64,000 nt of DNA from a virus. Position numbers and translations under genes: made by a program. The notes under the pieces were generated by a model that was given only the letters and a program-made list of their open reading frames with translations, was not told the DNA's origin and did no database searches. Positions 10,005 through 17,663 of the stretch are shown here, piece by piece; within the stretch, counting starts at the first letter, position 1; each line of letters starts with the position of its first letter. Where the stretch lies: IMG/VR virus record IMGVR_UViG_3300044729_003129, positions 96,001-160,000 of that record; one strand, given 5' to 3'.

Positions 10005-10931
10005 TTATGACGGGTCTCCAAATGGGTTACTTTCACTAAAGTCAATATAGTCATTTCCTATTACTTCAAATGAACTATTTTGAGTCAAGGCATCATTGTT
10101 ATAGAGTGCGGCGTCTCCATCCTCTAATCCTATAAGAGATGTTATCGTTGAAGTTGTGCCGGTAGTTTGTCCTTCTATAGTAGTGTCAACTGTTAATGAG
10201 TGGAACTCACCATCATTAAATGTCAGCGTACCAAAGTTTGCGATTGTTCCATCTTCTGTATGTTCATATTGAAGCAATTCTGCCTCACCTGTAATTCCAG
10301 AAGGTAATGTAAAGACTAATGTTTCACCAAGATCATGCACATCTCCATCAAAGTCTAGTAGGGCGCGTGCACTTTGGGTCTGTCCAACTTGTATAAGATC
10401 GACTTCAGGCACTCCAGTATCAATTTCCTGACCGCTGTATTCGAAGAGTTCACATGTAAGTTTAAACGTAGGTATAGCCCCCTTTGTATCGCCACTGCCT
10501 CCAAGTTGGAAAAATGGACTCTTGTCTTCAACAAATTTAATTTCGAAGAGTCCACAGCTGAATGGTACATAGATCAGATCACCTTCACGCGGCCGAACGC
10601 TATCATTTGTATAACCATGACGACCTATAAGCGAGTTCCATCGACGACGACTGCACACAAGTGTCAATTGATCTCGTGTTTCAAGACCAAATTTTGTCAT
10701 GAGGTCGCCGTCACCTTCAAAGCCGTCGACACTTTCAACAAACATTTCAATAAGAAATGAAGCATCAAAACTTGAAATTACATCTTCGTTTAAGATAAAG
10801 TCCTGCTTTACAATCTTACGAGGAATATAAAAGACATCATGCCCCATAATTTTCATAGACTCGATAAGCAAATCTTCAAGAAGATTTTGCTCAGGTCTGT
10901 AACGTTCACTAAAATATACACTGCGTGGCAT
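10005..10931 (-). CDS. gp14: Neck protein
   Basis: EQNLLEDLLIESMKIMGHDVFYIPR, RPREGDLIY and C-terminal DFSESNPFG. Confidence 0.95.
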   Translation of the reverse strand: MPRSVYFSERYRPEQNLLEDLLIESMKIMGHDVFYIPRKIVKQDFILNEDVISSFDASFLIEMFVESVDGFEGDGDLMTKFGLETRDQLTLVCSRRRWNSLIGRHGYTNDSVRPREGDLIYVPFSCGLFEIKFVEDKSPFFQLGGSGDTKGAIPTFKLTCELFEYSGQEIDTGVPEVDLIQVGQTQSARALLDFDGDVHDLGETLVFTLPSGITGEAELLQYEHTEDGTIANFGTLTFNDGEFHSLTVDTTIEGQTTGTTSTITSLIGLEDGDAALYNNDALTQNSSFEVIGNDYIDFSESNPFGDPS

Positions 10932-10936
10932 AATTA

Positions 10937-10944
10937 TATTTATA
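10937..10944 (-). promoter_or_regulatory. Late promoter TATAAATA (gp14 operon)
   Basis: 5 nt from ATG 10931; contains the HNH stop codon. Confidence 0.8.
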
Positions 10945-11551
10945 GAATTAGTTTATACCCATTATATTCAATACCAACTCTAATCTTATAATATGGTAAA
11001 TTATTATCACGACAATATTGTTTTAAATTAACAATTTCAAATTGGACATCGTCTTTAGACATAGTATATTTTACTAATTTAGTTGCTTTACCCATTCTAG
11101 CTTCGCTTAATGCTTTTTTATGTTCTTCAGATTTTGGTTTTCCTTTAAGTGCAGCAGATACTTTTTTAGCAAATTCCGGTCGTTTTTTACCATAAAATGG
11201 ATGATTTTCTCCGCTATTAATTTTTGATATAAACTCACGTGTTTCTTTAGAATGCTTTTTACCAAAAAATGGATTTTTATCGCCTACTCTTTTTTTATTT
11301 AATTCACTAATAACGCGACTAAGTTCTTTGGGATCATTAGTCATTCTTTTTGCGATTAAATGACATGCACCATAATCACCCTGTTCATAATGTATACGAT
11401 AATGTTCATCAATATTAATACACATTAAATTTTCTATGTCATTATTTGTATGATTGCCATCAATATGATGAATTTCATAACTACGACCATTTTCATCTTT
11501 GGGTATGGGGCCATAATGACTTTCCCATATTTTTCTATAATCATTTTTCAT
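10940..11551 (-). mobile_element. Free-standing HNH homing endonuclease with NUMOD3-like DNA-binding repeats
   Basis: YEIHHIDGNHTNNDIENL...EHYRIH HNH core; NPFFGKKHSKETRE, HPFYGKKR and GKPKSEEHKKALSEA NUMOD3-type motifs; inserted between gp13 and gp14. Confidence 0.9.
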
Positions 11552-11581
11552 GATTATATTTATAATTTTAGGAGATTTATA

Positions 11582-12328
11582 TTAACCAAGAAAAAAGTCT
11601 GGGGGCATTTGATACTTAAGATCAAAATCTGTTTCAATCTTTTCAATATCATTAAGAGCATCTTCATACATAGCTCTACCATTGATTGTAACGCCACCTG
11701 GAAGTTGCATGCCATCAAATTTTAATAAATTTATTGACCATTGACGTTTCAACAATGCTGTAAGATATTTTTTAAGAAGCATATCATTGTATACGTCAGT
11801 AAAATCATTTGGGTTGATGGTTTGATAGCCCTCAATTATAATATACTGACCAATATTTACATAAGTTTTCCAGTCGTCTTGAATGCTCAGGCGATTCATG
11901 TGACGAGTAAATATAATCTGCTGAGTTGAGCCCGTAAGTATAAGCTCAATCGAGTTCATATACTGTTTTGTCATCTCATAGTTGATGAGTGAGTCGGGTT
12001 TGCGTAGTCCATAAAGATCATTTAAAAACATCTGATATTTAACACTAAACATATCAGCAGCATCACCGCTGCTCAAGTTTAGGACGCGAAGCACACTAAT
12101 AAGTTGATCAGGCAGAGTAATATAGTTGTTGTCATAGTCTGCTTGTGTGACCTGATGTTTTACGAAAGTGCGTACGACCGCGTCACTATGATATTCTTGA
12201 TAAAACTGAATCGCTTCATCAATACGATCTTCAATCTGATCTTCGTCAATATTAATTTCAAGCACTGGCGCACCAAGTGCTCTTAAACAATAGTCTGCTA
12301 ATTCTTGACGTGATGCTGGTTTTGCCAT
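11582..12328 (-). CDS. gp13: Neck protein
   Basis: YCLRALGAPVLEINIDEDQIEDRIDEA, LPGGVTINGR and C-terminal PPDFFLG. Confidence 0.96.
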   Translation of the reverse strand: MAKPASRQELADYCLRALGAPVLEINIDEDQIEDRIDEAIQFYQEYHSDAVVRTFVKHQVTQADYDNNYITLPDQLISVLRVLNLSSGDAADMFSVKYQMFLNDLYGLRKPDSLINYEMTKQYMNSIELILTGSTQQIIFTRHMNRLSIQDDWKTYVNIGQYIIIEGYQTINPNDFTDVYNDMLLKKYLTALLKRQWSINLLKFDGMQLPGGVTINGRAMYEDALNDIEKIETDFDLKYQMPPDFFLG

Positions 12329-12335
12329 AATATAT

Positions 12336-12343
12336 TATTTATA
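12336..12343 (-). promoter_or_regulatory. Late promoter TATAAATA (gp13)
   Basis: 7 nt from ATG 12328. Confidence 0.8.
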
Positions 12344-12349
12344 AGACTA

Positions 12350-14062
12350 TTATGGAACTGCTGGATAATTAGTTGTCTTCACATATGAGGAAGTAATCTT
12401 TGCGGCAGAGAAACCATTATTCCATGTTGTTACCAACCAAGGACGGCCTTCATAGCTATAAGCTCTGGCTATTTCTCCAAGAGTAGAATTTAAATAGAGC
12501 CAAACGCCAGTTTCATATCTTACAACTTCATCTCCATAAACATACGTTTCGTTACCATATGGTGCATATCCAATTGGAGCCATTTTGCGCCAACTTTGAC
12601 CGCCAATAAACCCAGAACTTGGATCTCCTGGAGTGTTGTACCATGGTCCGTCCATCAGCACCCATGCTGTAGCATCTGGTTCAGCAGCATTTGCTGGATT
12701 GTCACTGCCAAGAGTAACATTGCTAATTAATGGTATATTAATTCCTCCAAGCAAACCAATAAATCTTTCAAGGTGATTGCGATCAACCTCTGACATAACA
12801 TCAGTTTCTCCTGTATTTGATGCTAAGATGATTGCGGTTATATCTCCGTTAAAATTAATAGATGAACTTGTGGTTGCGCCAATATAAGAAGCAACTGAAC
12901 CACTATCGCTTAATGTAGAGCCAAAATCATCCCGAAATGCATCTTCACTACCATTGATTCTTAACGCCATTCTACCATCGGACCACAAACACTCGTTAAC
13001 TAAAACATTATAGTTGCTATTATTATTTGATCCATTAACCACTAAGTCACTAACAAAAAGTGTATTAGGTCTGGTTAGAGCTGTAAAAAGATTTGAAGTG
13101 TTTGATCTTGTTCTTAATCCTATTTTAGTAGTTGTTGAAGTTCTATTGATTGAAACTATTGAGTGAGATGCGTCTCCTCCAGTTGGATTGGAGTCTTTAG
13201 CACCAGCAAAAATATAACCCCATCTTTTGGCATTATATATGTTTCTTGCGGAGATTGGTACTGTATAAAAATCTGTAAAATCTGTACTATCAAATTTGAG
13301 AGATGGTGTTCCCAAGTCAGTATCTTCTTTGAGTGCAATATTTGCTGAAGAGGCAGTGGCTCTTTGATTTGAAATTATATCGTCCCAAGCTGGCACTGTT
13401 TGACCATCTGTTGCTAATGTATTAAGTGTTGTTGCTGTACCTGTTACAGTACCATCTGCCCAAGTCGCTTGCCACGGGTAAGTTGTATCTCCAATAGCAT
13501 ATTTTTCCACACTATCCCAATTATATCCTGAATCATCACTTTCCGCTTGATAATAAAGAGTCCATCTTGAATTTGTGCTATCCCAAAAAACTTCAATGGA
13601 ATATCTACCCTCATTTATAAAGCCAAATATATAAAAATTCTTTCCATTTCGTAAATCTTGGCGAACGAGTGTTTGATTTGGATTTATACCACTATAACCA
13701 GCCTCAAAAGCGGGAAACCCAGAAAGCTCGATAGTTCTATTCGCATCAGTAAAATCATTACCAATCAAGTTATAAGCATTTCTAGCAGCCCACCAAAAAG
13801 CTTTTACACTTGGTATGTCTCGTGGATGCCAAACTGTGGTTGTGTATGTTGTAGTACCACCAACTAAACAGGTGACAACTTCCCCAATATCATTGACAGT
13901 CGGGACAAAGGTTTGGGTTGTGCCTCTCGATGTGCCATTTACTGTCCATAAATAAGATGAACCAGATGGCGCGGTTAATGTTTCATTTGGATAAGCAAAA
14001 CCGACAATATCTAATTCAACACTTCCTCTAAAATAAGACAGGCTTAAACCTAGACCTAACAT
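12350..14062 (-). CDS. Putative head fibre / adhesin with lectin-like (ConA/LamG) central domain
   Basis: N-terminal MLGLGLSLS peptide resembles RcGTA-type head fibres; LamG-like segment (MALRING...FNGDITAII...DRNHLERF); Trp-rich modules. Confidence 0.6.
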   Translation of the reverse strand: MLGLGLSLSYFRGSVELDIVGFAYPNETLTAPSGSSYLWTVNGTSRGTTQTFVPTVNDIGEVVTCLVGGTTTYTTTVWHPRDIPSVKAFWWAARNAYNLIGNDFTDANRTIELSGFPAFEAGYSGINPNQTLVRQDLRNGKNFYIFGFINEGRYSIEVFWDSTNSRWTLYYQAESDDSGYNWDSVEKYAIGDTTYPWQATWADGTVTGTATTLNTLATDGQTVPAWDDIISNQRATASSANIALKEDTDLGTPSLKFDSTDFTDFYTVPISARNIYNAKRWGYIFAGAKDSNPTGGDASHSIVSINRTSTTTKIGLRTRSNTSNLFTALTRPNTLFVSDLVVNGSNNNSNYNVLVNECLWSDGRMALRINGSEDAFRDDFGSTLSDSGSVASYIGATTSSSINFNGDITAIILASNTGETDVMSEVDRNHLERFIGLLGGINIPLISNVTLGSDNPANAAEPDATAWVLMDGPWYNTPGDPSSGFIGGQSWRKMAPIGYAPYGNETYVYGDEVVRYETGVWLYLNSTLGEIARAYSYEGRPWLVTTWNNGFSAAKITSSYVKTTNYPAVP

Positions 14063-14066
14063 AAAA

Positions 14067-14351
14067 TTAGAATAATACTGTTACTGCAGCTGCAGATATA
14101 GCGGTTCCGCTTTGGACTATACGCTGACCACCAAGAGGCCATACTCCTGGACTCAATGTAAGTACACGTGTCTGGCCATTTACTCCTTCAATTTCAATGG
14201 TTCCATTAGCAGTACCAGGCGCAATATATAAACCAGCAAATACTTTGCCAACAGTTGGTGTGTAAAAGCCATCTGTAAAAGTCAGTGCTTCATATGCAAC
14301 AGCAGATGTGTTTTGGTGTATTAAACCCTTTTCGTAGACGTTAGTACTCAT
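14067..14351 (-). CDS. Putative head-spike base protein (Rcc01079-like)
   Basis: 94-aa beta-rich protein (GLYIAPG..GTIEIEG..GQTRVLTLSPGVWPLGGQRIVQSGT) directly upstream of the LGLGL protein; own late box at 14357-14364. Confidence 0.6.
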   Translation of the reverse strand: MSTNVYEKGLIHQNTSAVAYEALTFTDGFYTPTVGKVFAGLYIAPGTANGTIEIEGVNGQTRVLTLSPGVWPLGGQRIVQSGTAISAAAVTVLF

Positions 14352-14356
14352 AGTCT

Positions 14357-14364
14357 TATTTATA
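14357..14364 (-). promoter_or_regulatory. Late promoter TATAAATA (head-spike cassette)
   Basis: 5 nt from ATG 14351. Confidence 0.8.
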
Positions 14365-14520
14365 TTATTCTCTTATAGAGATTCCGGTGTATAATGAAAG
14401 ACCAAGCGCAATCAATACAACATAGTGAGAAATTACTTCATTTGGATTAATGACAGCATTAAATGATATTATTTGTATAATAGCAATAAGTGCTAGTGCT
14501 AACCATATTACAGTTTTCAT
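14365..14520 (-). CDS. Small two-TM membrane protein (51 aa), not in ORF track; possible antiholin or lysis accessory
   Basis: MKTVIWLALALIAIIQIISFNAVINPNEVISHYVVLIALGLSLYTGISIRE; ATGA overlap with the stop of the holin-like gene. Confidence 0.6.
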   Translation of the reverse strand: MKTVIWLALALIAIIQIISFNAVINPNEVISHYVVLIALGLSLYTGISIRE

Positions 14521-14837
14521 GGTTTTTTAATATATTTTTCTGGTGAGCGCTCAAAGTGTTTTGCCAGTTTAATAATTCCATTAATAATTTCTGGAGAGAC
14601 AACACCTATGATGCCATAGGTAATCGCCTTGTACAGACTAGGAATATCAGTCTGTTCCAATATAAACCATGCTATTGCTGCAGCAAGGGCGGCAGATACA
14701 ATATTTTTAAGTTGCTCGAGAATTGTATATTGTTTTTGTGCTGTCATGAGTCGGGCAAGCATCCCCGCCGCTCCAACGAGAGGGATTATCCAACCACCCT
14801 CTAGAAACTCTTTTAGCATCGATCTTTCTGGTTCCAT
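14517..14837 (-). CDS. Putative holin (three TM segments, basic C-terminus)
   Basis: Hydrophobic segments WIIPLVGAAGMLARL, IVSAALAAAIAWFIL and AITYGIIGVVS; Lys-rich tail. Confidence 0.6.
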   Translation of the reverse strand: MEPERSMLKEFLEGGWIIPLVGAAGMLARLMTAQKQYTILEQLKNIVSAALAAAIAWFILEQTDIPSLYKAITYGIIGVVSPEIINGIIKLAKHFERSPEKYIKKP

Positions 14838-14912
14838 TTATAACTATACTTTTAAAGTGTGAAACATCACAATATGACTATCAATCTAAATGTATTTATA
14901 AAAAACATTGTT

Positions 14913-15590
14913 TTAACGGGTCAAGGCATGATCAACTGCATATTTATAAAAGAGTTCTTCCTGGAGGGCTCTTACCTTATATTTTTTAACAATATCATCT
15001 AAAGAATAATGAAACGCTGAAGTTATGTCATACATACTTTTTATGTCTCCTGCATAGTAGTTATCTATGCCCTTAAATTGTCTATAATATTGAGGATATT
15101 TTAAACTCAATCCATTTCCGGCTGTTGTCATTTTCAAGAGATTTTTAGTTGGTGTATAGCACACTTGCGTAGTAAATTTATCGTAACGTGTATTAACTAC
15201 AAGATCATAATCATAGGTATGATTATGATACAGGTGAGACACCAGTTTAAACTTTCCGGCCCACATACGTTTCCATGCCAATATTGGACAAGGACTGCCA
15301 GGAATGACACCTTCTAAGTTGCCGTGTAATTTTAAATGTGAGTCATCTTCAATACACACACGTTTTATAGTTTGATTATAGAAATAATCGGATAGATGAG
15401 TTTTTTCTACTGTAAAAATACTGCTATAGTCTAGTTTTCGGTATGAGCTTTTTGCCTCTGACTCACTCCATGTATGAAGAAAAAGATCAACCGTGTGACC
15501 GTTTTGTTTTAACAGATTTATATAGTCATTTAAGCGCGTGTCTTGTAACCCGCCTCTTAGGTGTCCACGAATACAAAATGCTAGTTTCAT
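14913..15590 (-). CDS. Glycosyltransferase-like protein, paralog 2
   Basis: MKLAFCIRGHLR...LFLHTW...YDLVVNTRYD...DNYYAG pattern, co-transcribed with glf. Confidence 0.55.
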   Translation of the reverse strand: MKLAFCIRGHLRGGLQDTRLNDYINLLKQNGHTVDLFLHTWSESEAKSSYRKLDYSSIFTVEKTHLSDYFYNQTIKRVCIEDDSHLKLHGNLEGVIPGSPCPILAWKRMWAGKFKLVSHLYHNHTYDYDLVVNTRYDKFTTQVCYTPTKNLLKMTTAGNGLSLKYPQYYRQFKGIDNYYAGDIKSMYDITSAFHYSLDDIVKKYKVRALQEELFYKYAVDHALTR

Positions 15591-16258
15591 AATAGGTTGT
15601 TGTCCACTGCATAACGATATACTATTTCTTCTTGGTGTTTAATCATTGGATATGCCTTTAAAATATCATCTAAAGAAACATAAAAGTCAGAGACTAATTT
15701 ATACATCGTTTCAATTTTTCCAATATAAAAATTATCAACACCAACTACATTTTTAGTGTATGTTGGATATTTAAATGCTATATTGTCTTTTTGTAAAATT
15801 AAACTATTCAGGGTTGAAGGAGGTGTATAGCATACTGGTGTAGTAAACATATCAAAGCGAGTATTAATGACTACATCATACTTTTCCTGACATTCATAGA
15901 CATGTGATAGTATTTTATGCTGACCAACCCACATACGTTTCCATGCTAATAATGGACATGTGCTCGCACTTACATGCCCTGTTTTTTTCCCGTATATTTT
16001 TATTTTTGAGTCATCATCAATGATTATTTTTTGAACAGTATAGTCCTTAAAATAATTCTGCAACAACTCTTCACTTACCTTAAACACATATTTTCGATCG
16101 AGTACTCGATAACTAGATTTTGCCTCTGACTCCTTCCATGTATGCAAATATAGCTGAACGTCATGACCCTTAGCAGTTAACTGGTCTATATATTGAGTTA
16201 AACCTCGGGTAAACAGTCCATCCCGAACGTGCCCACGTATGCATAATGCTAGTTTCAT
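15587..16258 (-). CDS. Glycosyltransferase-like protein, paralog 1
   Basis: MKLALCIRGHVR...LYLHTW...YDVVINTRFD...DNFYIG; clearly paralogous to its neighbour (shared ESEAKSSYR and CPxLAWKRMW); 4-nt overlaps on both sides. Confidence 0.55.
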   Translation of the reverse strand: MKLALCIRGHVRDGLFTRGLTQYIDQLTAKGHDVQLYLHTWKESEAKSSYRVLDRKYVFKVSEELLQNYFKDYTVQKIIIDDDSKIKIYGKKTGHVSASTCPLLAWKRMWVGQHKILSHVYECQEKYDVVINTRFDMFTTPVCYTPPSTLNSLILQKDNIAFKYPTYTKNVVGVDNFYIGKIETMYKLVSDFYVSLDDILKAYPMIKHQEEIVYRYAVDNNLL

Positions 16259-17253
16259 AGATCCTTTAACTTTAACATGACGTGTTTAATTGCCATCCAC
16301 ATGTCTAGGTATTTATAGGTTGCAAGTCGACCAACAAAAATCACTCCCTTTTCTGCCTTTGCTAGTGATTCATAGAGTCGATATGTTTCCTGTCCTTCAC
16401 CCCAAGGAATAGGATAAAACGGAATGTCCCCCGGCCCACATTCTTTCGGGTGTTCAGTGGTGACTACTGTTGGACCGACATGATCTGGCATAAAATAACT
16501 GTGATCATAGATTCGCGTATAGTCGGTTGTGCTATTGTTTTGGTTTACAATAAATGTGTCTTGCTTTTCACACAACACATGATGTTTAAACTCAAGTGAA
16601 CGATATGGCAGACGTCCATATATCGTGCCAAAATAACTGTCAATCTTGCCGGTATAGACAATCAAATCACCTGCCTCCCGCTTGTACGCCCAATCATCTT
16701 CTCCGCAATTTAAATGCACAATAATGCCTTCTAACATCTTTGTAAACATTGCAGAGTAACCATCTTTTGGAATGCATTGATACTTTTGACCTTCAAACCA
16801 GGTTGGATCTTCGCATTCTGCAGTCTTTGGAATACGATTTGTAATAGTCTTAGGAATCTCGTCGAATGGCACTCCCCATTGCTTTTCGCTATACTCCTTA
16901 AAGATATATTCTACAATCTCTTCTTGAGACAGCTCACGACCAAGTTCAGATACTGTTTTCTTGCTGTACGGCAAACTTATGCGGCCAAGTCGGGTGTCTC
17001 CCTTTGGGCGCAGCGCAAACGGAGTCCATTCGGTATAACGACTAAGAAACTCATAGACCTCTTCATCGTCGGTATGAAAAATATGAGGGCCATACTGATG
17101 TACAAGCGTATTGCAAATATAGGCATCAGCGCAATTGCCACCGATATGAGGTCGAGTCTCAAAAATCTCTACGGCGTATCCTTTTTCTTTTAGGAGCACC
17201 GCAGCAGTAATTCCAGATAACCCGCATCCAATTATTTTAGCACTTTTTTTCAT
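16255..17253 (-). CDS. glf: UDP-galactopyranose mutase
   Basis: GCGLSG FAD motif, HIGGNC, HQYGPHIFHT, YSEKQWG, LPYRSL, YTRI, FYP and GRLATYKYLDM. Confidence 0.95.
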   Translation of the reverse strand: MKKSAKIIGCGLSGITAAVLLKEKGYAVEIFETRPHIGGNCADAYICNTLVHQYGPHIFHTDDEEVYEFLSRYTEWTPFALRPKGDTRLGRISLPYSKKTVSELGRELSQEEIVEYIFKEYSEKQWGVPFDEIPKTITNRIPKTAECEDPTWFEGQKYQCIPKDGYSAMFTKMLEGIIVHLNCGEDDWAYKREAGDLIVYTGKIDSYFGTIYGRLPYRSLEFKHHVLCEKQDTFIVNQNNSTTDYTRIYDHSYFMPDHVGPTVVTTEHPKECGPGDIPFYPIPWGEGQETYRLYESLAKAEKGVIFVGRLATYKYLDMWMAIKHVMLKLKDL

Positions 17254-17261
17254 ATTTTAAC

Positions 17262-17291
17262 ATTTTATCATAGTTTACGTCACCTGTAAAC
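17262..17291 (-). promoter_or_regulatory. Sigma70-type (T4 early-like) promoter for the glf operon
   Basis: Minus strand reads GTTTACA (17291-17285), a 17-nt spacer ending TGA, then TAAAAT (17267-17262); ATG follows 8 nt later. Overlaps the inverted repeat GTTTAC-N7-GTAAAC (17273-17291). Confidence 0.65.
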
Positions 17292-17307
17292 ATAAATATA
17301 TATCTAT

Positions 17308-17490
17308 ATGAAATTAAATGAAAAAGTCTATATTAAAAGTGAATTTAAGGATCTACTCCGCAGCATGAATGTCGGAATTGTCGACTATATTGTGGTCTAT
17401 CGAACCGAAGGTGACAAGGTGTTTTTTAAAGCAAACTCTGCAAAACTACATCTCTCAAAAGAAGAGTTTGAAGAGGTCAAGTTACAATAG
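17308..17490 (+). CDS. Hypothetical 60-aa protein, divergent from glf
   Basis: Fills the gap exactly; late-like CATAAATA at 17291-17298; the only plausible plus-strand gene inside the minus-strand block. Confidence 0.55.
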   Translation: MKLNEKVYIKSEFKDLLRSMNVGIVDYIVVYRTEGDKVFFKANSAKLHLSKEEFEEVKLQ

Positions 17491-17659
17491 AATAATATTC
17501 AGTTGCCTCCTCTTCACTATCAAACCAATACCATCCATCTACTGGATAGTCATATTGATCTTTATTTTGTGCTACTAATGAAATATCTAAGCCTTCAACC
17601 CAATTTGGGGCATACAATATTTGTTCGTCTTCTTGTTTTTTATAGAATCCTGCTGTCAT
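17477..17659 (-). CDS. Small acidic, aromatic-rich protein; probable cap or chaperone for the LRR adhesin
   Basis: 60 aa with YPVDGWYWFDSEEEA; starts 4 nt after the LRR gene. Confidence 0.55.
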   Translation of the reverse strand: MTAGFYKKQEDEQILYAPNWVEGLDISLVAQNKDQYDYPVDGWYWFDSEEEATEYYSIVT

Positions 17660-17663
17660 AAAA

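Noticed and set aside
14858-14871. CRP-binding site (TGTGA...TCACA)
   Set aside because: The spacer is 4 nt rather than 6; kept only as a possible RNA hairpin.
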